This document shows, in pieces, positions 34,972 to 44,444 of a DNA stretch of 56,725 nt (position 1 is the first letter of the stretch; each line of letters opens with the position of its first letter). Below the pieces are notes generated by a model. That model ran no database searches. It was not told the DNA's origin and was given only the letters and a program-made list of their open reading frames with translations. Location of the stretch: the NCBI GenBank assembly GCA_016935715.1, contig JAFGQJ010000221.1, positions 1 through 56,725 of the forward strand, in the 5' to 3' direction. Both the position numbers and the translations under genes were made by a program. The DNA comes from Spirochaetales bacterium (GTDB lineage Bacteria; Spirochaetota; Spirochaetia; SZUA-6; DRHE01).

Positions 34972-36181
34972 TCGCCCGGTCGACCCGGAACATCCGTTTT
35001 CCGGTATCCGCTTCCCCGAGCTGAGCCACCGCCTGCTGGCCTGGTTTTTCCGCAACAAGCGGGAATTGCCCTGGAGAGAGGAGCACGATCCCTACCGCAT
35101 CTGGATCAGCGAGGTGATGCTGCAGCAGACCCGCAGCGAAACCGCCTCAGATTACTACCGACGCTGGCTCAGCCGCTTTCCCACAGTCGAATCCCTGGCC
35201 CGGGCCGACCAGGAGGAGGTGCTCAAGATCTGGGAGGGTCTGGGCTACTACGGGCGAGCCCGCAACCTGCACCGTTCGGCCCGGATCATCGCGGACAGCT
35301 GGGGCGGAGTGTTTCCTGAAACGGAGGAGCTCATCCGCTCGCTCCCGGGAGTGGGAGAGTACACGGCCGCGGCCGTGCTGAGCATCGCCTTCGCCAAACC
35401 CCTGGGGGTGGTGGATGGAAATGTGCTGCGCGTGGTGTCCCGCCTGCTGGCCGACGGCGAAGCTTCCGGGCACGGCCCACCCGGGATCAAGCCCGCAAAC
35501 CTCGGACAACCGAAAAAGCGGGCCCGCGCCCTGGTAGAGGCGAGTTTTTTGCACTACCATCCGGGATGGATCAATCAGGCCTGGATGGAGCTCGGAGCGC
35601 TGGTTTGTCTGCCCAAGCCCCGCTGTCCCCAGTGTCCGCTGAGCTACACCTGCCGGGCGTACAGGGAGGAAAGGATCGATGCGTTTCCACCCAGGCTTCC
35701 ATCCCGGCCGCTTCCTATCCGCGCCGGGAGCCTGCTTCTCCTGCTTCCCGCAGCCGCCCCGGTCCTGATGCGCCGGGATCGGGAGGTCGAGCCCGGTGGC
35801 CTCATGGGCGAAACACATCTCCCGAGCATCGGGGCACTGCTGCGGCGTCACGACCTGCCCCTCCTTCTGGTCCGGCGGGCGGACAGCGGTCTTCTGGGCG
35901 GTCTTTGGGAGCTTCCCAACTACCCCGCGCGGGGCTCGGAACTGGCGGAACAACTGGCCCGGCTGTCCATTCAGCCCCTCCTGGACACCGGGACGGAGGT
36001 CCGTCATCGCTATTCCCACTTCGAGATCCGCTTTCGATTGATCGTGGCCGTATTCACAGATCAGCGCAGGCTCGACTCCTGGACGGAGCAGCGCTGGGTC
36101 CTCCCTGCGGAGCTTGACAGCTACCCCCGGCCGAAAGTCCACATCGAAGCGATGCGGCTGCTGGGGCTTGTCGGGGATTGA
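34964..36181 (+). CDS. mutY: A/G-specific adenine DNA glycosylase
   Basis: PWREEHDPYRIWISEVMLQQTR, HhH-GPD LPGVGEYTAAAV, 4Fe-4S cluster CLPKPRCPQCPLSYTC, and a Nudix-like C-terminal domain. The ATG overlaps aspS by 8 nt. Confidence 0.92.
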   Translation: MADRPVDPEHPFSGIRFPELSHRLLAWFFRNKRELPWREEHDPYRIWISEVMLQQTRSETASDYYRRWLSRFPTVESLARADQEEVLKIWEGLGYYGRARNLHRSARIIADSWGGVFPETEELIRSLPGVGEYTAAAVLSIAFAKPLGVVDGNVLRVVSRLLADGEASGHGPPGIKPANLGQPKKRARALVEASFLHYHPGWINQAWMELGALVCLPKPRCPQCPLSYTCRAYREERIDAFPPRLPSRPLPIRAGSLLLLLPAAAPVLMRRDREVEPGGLMGETHLPSIGALLRRHDLPLLLVRRADSGLLGGLWELPNYPARGSELAEQLARLSIQPLLDTGTEVRHRYSHFEIRFRLIVAVFTDQRRLDSWTEQRWVLPAELDSYPRPKVHIEAMRLLGLVGD

Positions 36182-36199
36182 ACGCAGGAGCTTCGATCG

Positions 36200-36221
36200 G
36201 CCCGGCGGAGCACCGCCGGGC
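36200..36221. terminator. GC-rich 9-bp hairpin between convergent mutY and the nqr-operon tail
   Basis: GCCCGGCGG-agca-CCGCCGGGC. No U-tract. Confidence 0.35.
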
Positions 36222-36223
36222 GC

Positions 36224-36694
36224 CTACTCCTGCAGAGGTTGGATGTCCAGAACCTCGGCCAGCTGCGCCGGCTCCAGGCGGAAGGGAGAGCCCTTGCCCT
36301 CGTAGAACCCGTGGGACCCGACCATGTGGATGTGCATGTCGGTGAAGGTGACTTCCCGGCCGAGCTTGGTGTTGCGTACAACCGTGTTGGTCTTCGGAAA
36401 GATACCGGGGTCCCCGAAGGGACAGGGGAGCTTGCCCCGAACGCTGATCACCCGAACCTCGTAGTGGGGCTCGACGTTGATGAACTCCCCCAGGCCGCGC
36501 ATGCCCGCATCCCGCAATTCGATCATGCGATCGGCGATCTGCCGATGGGTCAGATCCATCCGCTTGACCGCCTCGTCGTCTTCGATCAGGATGTCGATCA
36601 GCTTCCGCCGGTCCGCACCCAGGAAACCGTCCCGGGTATAGATTCCGGGCTGCATCTTTTCCTGGATGCGCTCCATCTGTACAGTCTGTTTCAT
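36224..36694 (-). CDS. hypothetical protein (uncharacterised, downstream of nqrF)
   Basis: ATG at 36694 with GGGGAG upstream, 14 nt after the nqrF stop. Soluble, coding-like composition. Contains GKLPCPFGD and MHIHMVGSHGFYEGKGSPFR blocks that I cannot assign to a family. Confidence 0.62.
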   Translation of the reverse strand: MKQTVQMERIQEKMQPGIYTRDGFLGADRRKLIDILIEDDEAVKRMDLTHRQIADRMIELRDAGMRGLGEFINVEPHYEVRVISVRGKLPCPFGDPGIFPKTNTVVRNTKLGREVTFTDMHIHMVGSHGFYEGKGSPFRLEPAQLAEVLDIQPLQE

Positions 36695-36708
36695 TCCTGT
36701 CTCCCCCG

Positions 36709-37812
36709 TCAGGCGAACTTGTCGTAGAAGATATGCTCCTCCGGCAGCCCCTTCTTGGCAAGCACCATTACGCTGGCGTCGATCATTCCGGGGCTTCCGC
36801 ACAGGTAGGCTTCCAGGTTGTTGCCGTCCTTCAAATGCCTGTCCAGCACCTCGGTGATCAGTCCCTTCTCCCCGCTCCAGTTTTCCCCTTCTCCGGGAGC
36901 GGACAGGGCGGGAACGAAGGTGAAGCGGGGAAGCCGCTGTTCCAGATCCCGCATCTCATCCAGCAGGAACAGGTCCCGGGTTGTGCGGGCGCCGAAGAAG
37001 TAGGTGGCTTTGCGGTCGATTCCCTTCTCCGCCATGTCGAGGAGCATCGACTTGATCGGTGCCATCCCGGAGCCGCCGGCGATGAACACGATCTCGGCAT
37101 CGGTATCCCTCAGGAAGAACTCCCCGTAGGGGCCGTTGATCGTGACCTCGTCCCCCTCTTTCATGTACTGGAACACGTAGGTCGTGCAGATGCCGTTGGG
37201 AACCAGGCGGATCTCCAGCTCCACGATGTCCTTTCGCGACGGCACGGAGGAGCAGGAATAGGCCCGGTACACGCTCTCCGAGGACAGCTCGTACTCGGGG
37301 GTCTGGAACTGGATGTACTGGCCGGCACGGAACTTGATTTCCGCCGGTTCGATGAGCTTGAGTGTAACCTCCTTGATGTCGTAGGTCAGATCGCGAATCC
37401 GTTCGACCCGTGTCCTGTACTCCTTGACATTGAACAGCTCCTCCGGGATCTCGATGGCCAGGTCCTTCTTGGCCTTGATCTGGCAGGACAGACGTATGTT
37501 CTGTTTCTTCTCCTCCTCGGTGATCCAGGGCAGCTCGGTGGCGACGTAGTCGCCGATATCGGAAACCACCTTGACCTTGCAGAATCCGCAGGATCCCCGC
37601 CCGCCGCAGGCCGAGGGGATGAACAGCTTCTCCCCCATCAGGGTCGCCAGCAGCGGCTTACCGCCTTCCACGGTCATTTCCTTCTCGTCATTGATGGTGA
37701 TCTTCACCTCTCCATAGTTGCCCACGGTCAGGTCCGCGATCACCATGAGCACCGCCAGGAACGTGGCCAGGCTGCACATCGCGATAACAGCGATCAGGAA
37801 TGAACTCAGCAT
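36709..37812 (-). CDS. nqrF: Na+-translocating NADH:quinone oxidoreductase subunit F
   Basis: N-terminal TM helix, 2Fe-2S ferredoxin CGGRGSCGFCKV, FAD motif RAYS and NAD-binding domain GGSGMAP. Confidence 0.93.
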   Translation of the reverse strand: MLSSFLIAVIAMCSLATFLAVLMVIADLTVGNYGEVKITINDEKEMTVEGGKPLLATLMGEKLFIPSACGGRGSCGFCKVKVVSDIGDYVATELPWITEEEKKQNIRLSCQIKAKKDLAIEIPEELFNVKEYRTRVERIRDLTYDIKEVTLKLIEPAEIKFRAGQYIQFQTPEYELSSESVYRAYSCSSVPSRKDIVELEIRLVPNGICTTYVFQYMKEGDEVTINGPYGEFFLRDTDAEIVFIAGGSGMAPIKSMLLDMAEKGIDRKATYFFGARTTRDLFLLDEMRDLEQRLPRFTFVPALSAPGEGENWSGEKGLITEVLDRHLKDGNNLEAYLCGSPGMIDASVMVLAKKGLPEEHIFYDKFA

Positions 37813-37831
37813 GGGAACCCCTCTTCAGCTT

Positions 37832-38428
37832 CTAGGTGATGGTGATCATCCCGGCAAAGCCCATGAAAGCCAGGGCCATGATTCCGGCGATGACCAGCGT
37901 GATCCCGGCTCCGGTCAACCCGAAGGGAACCTTGGAGCGGATGTTCAGCTTCATCCGGATCCCCGCCATGGCGATGATCGCGAGGGCCCAGCCGATGCCG
38001 CTGCCCGCTCCGTAGGCGAGCCCGGATACAAAAGTGTATTCCCGGATTACCATGAAAAGGCTGGCGCCCAGGATCGCGCAGTTCACCGTGATCAGGGGAA
38101 GGAAGATCCCCAAGGCGGAATACAGGGCGTCGGACAGGCGCTCGATCACCATCTCCACCAGCTGCACGAAGGCGGCGATGACGACGATGAAGGCGATGAA
38201 GCGCAGGTACACGATGTCGTAGGGCACCAGGATGTAGTAGTAGACCAGCCAGTTGATCACGCTGGTACAGGTCATCACGAATATGACGGCCATGCCCAGG
38301 CCGACGGAGGTCTTGATCTCCTTGGACACGGCCAGGAAGGAGCACATCCCGAGATAGTTGGTCAGCAGGATGTTGTTGGTGAAGATCGCGGCGAAGAACA
38401 CGCCGAAGGCGAACAACCCTTCGTTCAT
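37832..38428 (-). CDS. nqrE: NQR subunit E
   Basis: YLGMCSFLAVSKEIKTS and ALGIFLPLITVNCAILG nearly match Vibrio NqrE blocks as I recall them. Confidence 0.92.
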   Translation of the reverse strand: MNEGLFAFGVFFAAIFTNNILLTNYLGMCSFLAVSKEIKTSVGLGMAVIFVMTCTSVINWLVYYYILVPYDIVYLRFIAFIVVIAAFVQLVEMVIERLSDALYSALGIFLPLITVNCAILGASLFMVIREYTFVSGLAYGAGSGIGWALAIIAMAGIRMKLNIRSKVPFGLTGAGITLVIAGIMALAFMGFAGMITIT

Positions 38429-39096
38429 GACTTACCTCCTGCCGATGCGGGCTGTGGCGATGCCGCAGGCGCCGTCTGGGGCGCAGGCGCCGCCTCCTTC
38501 TCCTTCATGAAGCTGCCCTTCACCACCCAGATGAACAGGGCCAGCATGAAGAATGCCCCCGGAGCCATGATCATGATGTTCCAGTTGGTCCACCAGTCTC
38601 CCAGAACGCGGAACCCCCAGATCGAGCCGGTGCCGAGCAGCTCCCGCAGGAAAGCGATGATCAGCAGCACGTAGCTGTATCCCAACCCGGAGCTCAGCCC
38701 GTCCACGAGGGAAAGTCCCGGCGGATTGGACAGGGCGAAAGCCTCCGCGCGGCCCATGATGATGCAGTTGGTGATGATCAGCCCCACGTAGGGTCCCAGT
38801 TGCCTCGAGATATCGGGAATGAAGGCCTTCAGCACCACGTCCACGATGATCACGTATGCGGCGATGATCAGGGTCTCCACCATCATGCGGATCCGCGCCG
38901 GAATGTAGTTGCGCAGGATGCTGACCGTCAGGTTGGACAGCCCGGTCACGAAAACGAGCCCCGCGCACATGACCACGGTGTTCCTCAGCACGTTGGTCAC
39001 GGCCAGGGTGGAGCAGATCCCCAATATCTGGACGAAAACCGGATTGTTGATCCCGATGTTCTCTTTGACGACCTGTCTGTATTTGTAGCTCTTCAT
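38425..39096 (-). CDS. nqrD: NQR subunit D
   Basis: ILGICSTLAVTN and VGLIITNCIIMGRAEAFA are NqrD-type blocks. Low-complexity Ala/Pro C-terminal tail. Confidence 0.92.
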   Translation of the reverse strand: MKSYKYRQVVKENIGINNPVFVQILGICSTLAVTNVLRNTVVMCAGLVFVTGLSNLTVSILRNYIPARIRMMVETLIIAAYVIIVDVVLKAFIPDISRQLGPYVGLIITNCIIMGRAEAFALSNPPGLSLVDGLSSGLGYSYVLLIIAFLRELLGTGSIWGFRVLGDWWTNWNIMIMAPGAFFMLALFIWVVKGSFMKEKEAAPAPQTAPAASPQPASAGGKS

Positions 39097-39104
39097 GGCC
39101 TCTC

Positions 39105-39734
39105 CTACCGGGATTCCTCGATGGCCTGCTCGGCCCTGGCCAGGCGCTCGTTCAATATGGACCTGACCGCAAGGGTGGTGTTGGTCGCGCCGGTGATGGC
39201 CTGGAACTCCTGATCCCCTGCCGGCTCTCCCTCCGGAACCACGGACAGGGGCCAGCGTTTGCCTCGGAACTGTTCCTTGAACCAGCTTTCGGTGATCCGT
39301 CCTCCCAGGCCGGGAGTTTCGTTCTGCTTGATGAACTCGATGCCGGTCAGGGTCTTCAGGTCCTCTTCCACCCCCACGACCGACTCGATTTCACCCCACA
39401 GCCCGGCACCCAGGACCGGCAAAACGTAGCTCTGCAGCTCCCCGTCCGGGGAATCGAGGATCTCGTAGTACAGAACGTTTCCCTCCTGGTCTTCCACCTC
39501 CCGTACCCGTTCCTGGTACAGGGCGTCCGCCTGGATCCCGGTCTGGGGCACTTCCAGGCCGGCCACGTACAGCACGGCCCGCTTGACCACGAGAGAATCA
39601 TTGAGGCGGATCGTGTCCCGGGTCAGGACGTAGATCAGGGAGAGAACCGAGATGAAGAGGAGGGTTATGGCGAACATGAAAAAAATCGTAAACAGGCTGC
39701 GGCGCAGCTTGCCCGGTTTCTTGGTCTGGCTCAT
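39105..39734 (-). CDS. nqrC: NQR subunit C (FMN-binding)
   Basis: ATG at 39734. TM anchor, LPVLGAGLWGEI, ETPGLGG, and FMN attachment motif ITGATNTT. Confidence 0.88.
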   Translation of the reverse strand: MSQTKKPGKLRRSLFTIFFMFAITLLFISVLSLIYVLTRDTIRLNDSLVVKRAVLYVAGLEVPQTGIQADALYQERVREVEDQEGNVLYYEILDSPDGELQSYVLPVLGAGLWGEIESVVGVEEDLKTLTGIEFIKQNETPGLGGRITESWFKEQFRGKRWPLSVVPEGEPAGDQEFQAITGATNTTLAVRSILNERLARAEQAIEESR

Positions 39735-40687
39735 GCTGCCTTCCTCTGCTGCTTTCTCTGCTTGATCAGGTAATCGAGAAGCGGCGCGAACATGTTGGCC
39801 AGGAGCGTGGCGAACATCACCGCCGCCGGCCAGGCGCTGAAGGTGCGGATCACCACGACCATGATTCCGAAGAAGATGCCGTAGATCCACCTTCCCGTGC
39901 CGGTAGTCTGGGAGGCGGATACCGGTTCGGTGATCACGAAGAACACGCCGAAGATGAAGCTGCCGGCGAACAGGGCGTAGACGGGATTTCCCGCGGAGGA
40001 CAGCCCTGTCAGCCAGAAAGCCGTCTGGGCGGCCAGGAATCCGGCAAACCCGCCGACCACGATCTGCCAGGCCGCGGCCTTCTTCCAGACGATGTACAGG
40101 CCTCCCAGGATCAGGAGAACGGCGCTCGTCTCACCGAGGCTGCCGGAGACGTTGCCCAGAAACAGGTGGAGCCAGGGTGTGGAGACCCCCCTGGCGAACT
40201 GAGACAGCGGCGTGGCCTGGCCGATGATGTCGGCGGCCGCCGCCTGGTAACGGGCGAATCCGCCCGGGAAGGCGATGAAGGGGTTGGCCCAGGCTGCGGT
40301 CAGCTGTCCGCCGAAGCTGACGTACAGGAAGGCGCGACCCACCATGGCCGGATTGAACACGTTCTTCCCGAAGCCGCCGAAGGCCATCTTGCCGAACAGG
40401 ATCCCCACCAGCGCCCCGAGTGCCGCCATCCAGTAGGGGATGGTCGGGGGCAGGGACAGGGCCAGTATGAAGCTGCTGACGAACACGGCGGAGGTTGCCG
40501 GCTCCTTCCTGTGCCGGAGGAACAGGAATTCGGTTAGAAATCCGACCACGTTGACGATCGCCAGAATGACCAGGGCCCTCCAGCCGTAAAAGTATACCGA
40601 GGCGATGACGGCGGGGATCAGGGCATAGAGGACCCGCTTCATCGGAAGCTGCCAGAGGATCAGCTTCTGTTTCTTAGCTTCCGCCAT
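39731..40687 (-). CDS. nqrB: NQR subunit B (short, RnfD-like form)
   Basis: ATG at 40687. FGGFGKNVFNPAMVGRAFLYVSF and FMN site TEPVSASQT. At about 318 aa, its length and N-terminus resemble RnfD more than the 415-aa Vibrio NqrB. Confidence 0.86.
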   Translation of the reverse strand: MAEAKKQKLILWQLPMKRVLYALIPAVIASVYFYGWRALVILAIVNVVGFLTEFLFLRHRKEPATSAVFVSSFILALSLPPTIPYWMAALGALVGILFGKMAFGGFGKNVFNPAMVGRAFLYVSFGGQLTAAWANPFIAFPGGFARYQAAAADIIGQATPLSQFARGVSTPWLHLFLGNVSGSLGETSAVLLILGGLYIVWKKAAAWQIVVGGFAGFLAAQTAFWLTGLSSAGNPVYALFAGSFIFGVFFVITEPVSASQTTGTGRWIYGIFFGIMVVVIRTFSAWPAAVMFATLLANMFAPLLDYLIKQRKQQRKAA

Positions 40688-40781
40688 TCGTGAAAACCTC
40701 CACAGTATTGTCGAGCCCATTATTATTAATTATGCGAAGCTTGGCAAGGGCAACCGGATCTGCTATACAGGGAAGGAATCG

Positions 40782-41327
40782 ATGATAGGCTTTCGCTTGC
40801 ATCTCAAACATCGTGCCGACGGGAGGGTGTTTTTCACCATTCCCCTCGGCTACAAAATCCTCCTCCTGGCCATCGGGCTGCTGATCCTCGTTTCTCTGAT
40901 CGTGACCCCAGAGCCGGGCGCCGGGAACATCTTCATCCGGGAAAATACCATCCCCCTGATCATCTGCCTGTTCTCGCTCCTCGGGGCAGCCTACCACGAG
41001 TGCTGGATTTTCGACCGGAAGCTCGGCCGGGTCACCTATCAGAACGGCCTGATCGCCCTTCACAGCAACCGGGTGTACCGAATCGAAGATCTGGAGGGGG
41101 TGGAGGTCTCCCAGTTCGTGCGGGGGAAGGCCGGCTCCGCCCAGCAGGTCAGGAGAACGGCGGCTCTGCGCCCGATCGTCACCCTGTCCCTTCAAACCGG
41201 GGACGGCAGGAGCCTCCGCCTGGAGAACTACAGGCCTTCCCAAATCGGAAAGGTGGAAGCCACGGGACGGGCCATCGCCGAGCACTGCGGCATTCCATAC
41301 GAGATCCTGATTCAGGGATCGAAATAG
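40782..41327 (+). CDS. hypothetical membrane protein (2 TM plus soluble C-terminal domain)
   Basis: Helices ILLLAIGLLILVSLIV and IPLIICLFSLLGAAY. Divergent from nqrB, and the 3' end overlaps the convergent ABC ATPase gene by 16 nt. No family recognised. Confidence 0.55.
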   Translation: MIGFRLHLKHRADGRVFFTIPLGYKILLLAIGLLILVSLIVTPEPGAGNIFIRENTIPLIICLFSLLGAAYHECWIFDRKLGRVTYQNGLIALHSNRVYRIEDLEGVEVSQFVRGKAGSAQQVRRTAALRPIVTLSLQTGDGRSLRLENYRPSQIGKVEATGRAIAEHCGIPYEILIQGSK

Positions 41328-42319
41328 AGGAAACAGGCGACTTCGTGATTCTCCTCGATCTCTTTGAGCTGAGGAATGTTGTTCTCGCACTTCTCGGGCA
41401 TGGCGTTGGGACAGCGGTCGTAGAAATAGCAGCCATGGCGTTCCGTGTCCGGTGAAGGGACATCTCCCTCCAGGATGATCCGCTTCCGCCGTCTCTCCAC
41501 CGCCGGGTCCGGAATCGGTACAGCCGACAGCAGCGCCTTGGTGTAGGGGTGCATCGGCTTCTTGTACAGCGCCTTGGAGTCCGCGATCTCCACTATCACC
41601 CCCAGATACATCACCGCCACCCTGTTGGATATGTGCTCGATCACCGCCAGATCGTGGGCAATGAACATGTAGGTGAGGTTGAACTCCTCCTGCAGGTCGT
41701 TTAGGAGATTCAGGATCTGACTTTGAATCGAAACGTCCAAAGCGCTGATCGGTTCATCCGCCAGGATTAGCTTGGGATTCAGGGCCAGGGCGCGGGCCAC
41801 GCCGATTCTCTGGCGCTGCCCCCCCGAGAACTCGTGGGGATAGCGGTTCACGAAGAAGCGGGAAAGGCCGACCTTTTCCATCAGCTCCTCCACCTGCTTC
41901 TGGATGTCCCTCTTCGTGTACTTGAGAATCCCCCGTTTCGAGTAGATCCGCAGAGGCTCGCCGATGATGGCCCCCGCTGTCATGCGCGGGTTCAGCGATG
42001 CGTAGGGATCCTGAAAGACCATCTGCAGGTCCATGCGGGCCTTGAGCAGCTGCTGCCTGGAGGCCTTGCAGAGATCCGCGCCCTCGAAGAGGACCTCTCC
42101 ATCTGTAGGCTTGTACAGCTGGGCGATGCAGCGGGCCGTCGTCGACTTGCCGCAACCGGACTCACCCACCAGCCCCATGGTTTCTCCCCTGCGGATGCTG
42201 AAGTTGATCCCGTCCACCGCCCGGATGGCTCCGACCTGGCGCCTGAACAGCAATCCCTCCTCGATGGGGAAGTGCATCTTGAGATTCTTGACCTGTACCA
42301 GTGTGTTGGCGGCGGCCAT
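41312..42319 (-). CDS. peptide ABC transporter ATP-binding protein (OppF/DppF-type)
   Basis: Walker [10 protein letters not shown], signature FSGGQRQR, Walker B LILADEP, and a C-terminal oligopeptide-type extension. Confidence 0.92.
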   Translation of the reverse strand: MAAANTLVQVKNLKMHFPIEEGLLFRRQVGAIRAVDGINFSIRRGETMGLVGESGCGKSTTARCIAQLYKPTDGEVLFEGADLCKASRQQLLKARMDLQMVFQDPYASLNPRMTAGAIIGEPLRIYSKRGILKYTKRDIQKQVEELMEKVGLSRFFVNRYPHEFSGGQRQRIGVARALALNPKLILADEPISALDVSIQSQILNLLNDLQEEFNLTYMFIAHDLAVIEHISNRVAVMYLGVIVEIADSKALYKKPMHPYTKALLSAVPIPDPAVERRRKRIILEGDVPSPDTERHGCYFYDRCPNAMPEKCENNIPQLKEIEENHEVACFLYFDP

Positions 42320-43309
42320 CTAGTTCTTCTCCTCATACAGCCAGCAACGTACCGTTCTTCCATCCAGGTTGAACTCGGGAGGATACTTACGCCTGCAGAT
42401 GTCCATGGCGTATTCACAGCGGGGATGAAAGCTGCACACGTCGGGAAGATCGATCAGATTCGGGGGCTGTCCCTCGATGGAGTACAGCCTCTGCTTGCCC
42501 GGCTTGTCCAGACGCGGAACGGATTTGATCAGGCCCTGGGTATAGGGGTGCTTGGGGTCCTGGTACAGCTCGTCGACCGTGGCCTTCTCCACGATCTTTC
42601 CGGCATACATTACGCAGATGTTGTCGCACATTCCCGCTACCACACCGAGGTCGTGGGTGATGAGGATCACCGCGGTGCCCAGCTTGACGCTGAGATCCTT
42701 GATGATCTCCAGGATCTGGGCCTGGATGGTCACATCCAGGGCCGTGCTGGGCTCATCGGCGATCAGCACCTCCGGGTTGCAGCTCAGGGCCATGGCGATC
42801 ATGACCCGCTGGCGCATGCCGCCGGAGAACTGGTGGGGATAGTCGTCGACCCGCTTTCCGGGATTGGGGATACCCACCATGCGCAGCATATCGATGGCCT
42901 TGTCCTTGGCCTGAGTCTTGTCCAGCCCCTGGTGCAGCCGGATCGTTTCGATCATCTGGGTGGAGATGCGCAGAAAGGGATTGAGAGACGTCATGGGATC
43001 CTGGAAGATCATGGAGATCTTCTGTCCCCGAATCTGGCGAATTTTATCGACCGGATAGTCCAGTATGTTCCTGCCCTGGAGCAAAGCCTGGCCGGACATG
43101 ATACGTCCGGGCGGCGAGGGGATGAGCTTCATGACCGAGAGACAGGACACGGACTTTCCGCAGCCCGATTCCCCCACCAGGCCCAGGGTCTCCCCCTTGT
43201 GCAGCTCGAAGGAAATGCCGTCGACCGCCTTGACCACGCCGTCGTCGGTGCTGAAATACGTGCGCAGATCCTCGACCTGCAGGACCAGCTCTTCGTTCAT
43301 CGTATGCAC
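42320..43309 (-). CDS. peptide ABC transporter ATP-binding protein (OppD/DppD-type)
   Basis: [24 protein letters not shown] and a C-terminal CSFHPRC motif. Confidence 0.92.
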   Translation of the reverse strand: MHTMNEELVLQVEDLRTYFSTDDGVVKAVDGISFELHKGETLGLVGESGCGKSVSCLSVMKLIPSPPGRIMSGQALLQGRNILDYPVDKIRQIRGQKISMIFQDPMTSLNPFLRISTQMIETIRLHQGLDKTQAKDKAIDMLRMVGIPNPGKRVDDYPHQFSGGMRQRVMIAMALSCNPEVLIADEPSTALDVTIQAQILEIIKDLSVKLGTAVILITHDLGVVAGMCDNICVMYAGKIVEKATVDELYQDPKHPYTQGLIKSVPRLDKPGKQRLYSIEGQPPNLIDLPDVCSFHPRCEYAMDICRRKYPPEFNLDGRTVRCWLYEEKN

Positions 43310-43327
43310 TTCACTCCTTCTGCGTCT

Positions 43328-44431
43328 CTACAGCTTGTTCTTGCTCTGGGGATCCAGGGCGTCCCGCAGCCCGTCACCCAGGAAGTTCATGGCGAACAGA
43401 AAGGCCACCATGGCGATCGCAGGGAAGAACAGACGCCACGGGTAGAGGTTCATCCCTTCCACTCCTTCGCTGACCAGGGAACCCCAGGAGGCGAAGGGGG
43501 CCTGAACGCCCAGACCCAAGAACGAAAGAAAGGATTCCAGCATGATGAAGGTGGGAATGCGCAGTGTGGAGAAAACCACGATTACCCCCAGGGTGTTCGG
43601 TACCAGATGGCGGAAAACGATCCTGGGAGTGCTGGCACCGATGCTGCGGGCCGCCTCGACGAACTCCGAGTTTTTCAGAGAAATCAGTTGTCCCCGCACG
43701 ACCCGGGCTACAGTCAGCCAGCTGACGATGGCCAGGGCAAAGAAGAGGTTGAGGATGTTCCTGCCGAACAGGGCCATGAGAATGATGACGAGCATCATGT
43801 AGGGCAGCCCATACATCACGTCGATGACCCTGGTGATGATGTAGTCCACCCTGCCCCCGAGGTATCCGGCCAGGGCGCCGATGACGATGCCGATGAACAC
43901 CGAGGTTATGGTGCCGATGACACCGATGGCGATCGACACCTGTCCACCGTAGATGATGCGGGCCAGCAAATCCCTGCCCAGGGAATCGGTGCCCAGGATG
44001 TATCGCCGTTCGTGGACTTTTACGGTTTTGCCGTCGATCTCGCGGGTCTCTGTGGCCACCTGCTCCTTGAGCCTGGACAGTTGACCTCGCTCCTGATCGT
44101 TCAGCTCGCTGCGGCCCATCTTGTTCGCCATGGCCAGCAGGAGTGTCTCCTCCCTATCCACCAGCAGCTCACCGGCTGTCTTGTTCAGGGAGGGCGGCAG
44201 GTACTGATGCTCGATTACCTGATACTTGTACGAATAGATCGGCAGGATCGGTGCGGTGATCGACAGGATCGCATAAACGATGACCACCACCAGGCCGAAC
44301 ATGGCCATCTTGTTCTTCTTCAACCGCCGCCAGGCGTCCTTCCAGAGGCTGACCCCCTTGATCGGCTGATTGAGCTCACTTACAAAGATATCTTTTTTCT
44401 CTTTGGTTTTTTCTATGGCCGCGGCACCCAT
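43328..44431 (-). CDS. peptide ABC transporter permease (OppC/DppC-type)
   Basis: ATG at 44431 after GAGGTG, 13 nt past the upstream permease stop. BPD-transporter EAA-like region SEFVEAARSIGAS. Confidence 0.9.
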   Translation of the reverse strand: MGAAAIEKTKEKKDIFVSELNQPIKGVSLWKDAWRRLKKNKMAMFGLVVVIVYAILSITAPILPIYSYKYQVIEHQYLPPSLNKTAGELLVDREETLLLAMANKMGRSELNDQERGQLSRLKEQVATETREIDGKTVKVHERRYILGTDSLGRDLLARIIYGGQVSIAIGVIGTITSVFIGIVIGALAGYLGGRVDYIITRVIDVMYGLPYMMLVIILMALFGRNILNLFFALAIVSWLTVARVVRGQLISLKNSEFVEAARSIGASTPRIVFRHLVPNTLGVIVVFSTLRIPTFIMLESFLSFLGLGVQAPFASWGSLVSEGVEGMNLYPWRLFFPAIAMVAFLFAMNFLGDGLRDALDPQSKNKL

Positions 44432-44444
44432 ATACTTCACACCT

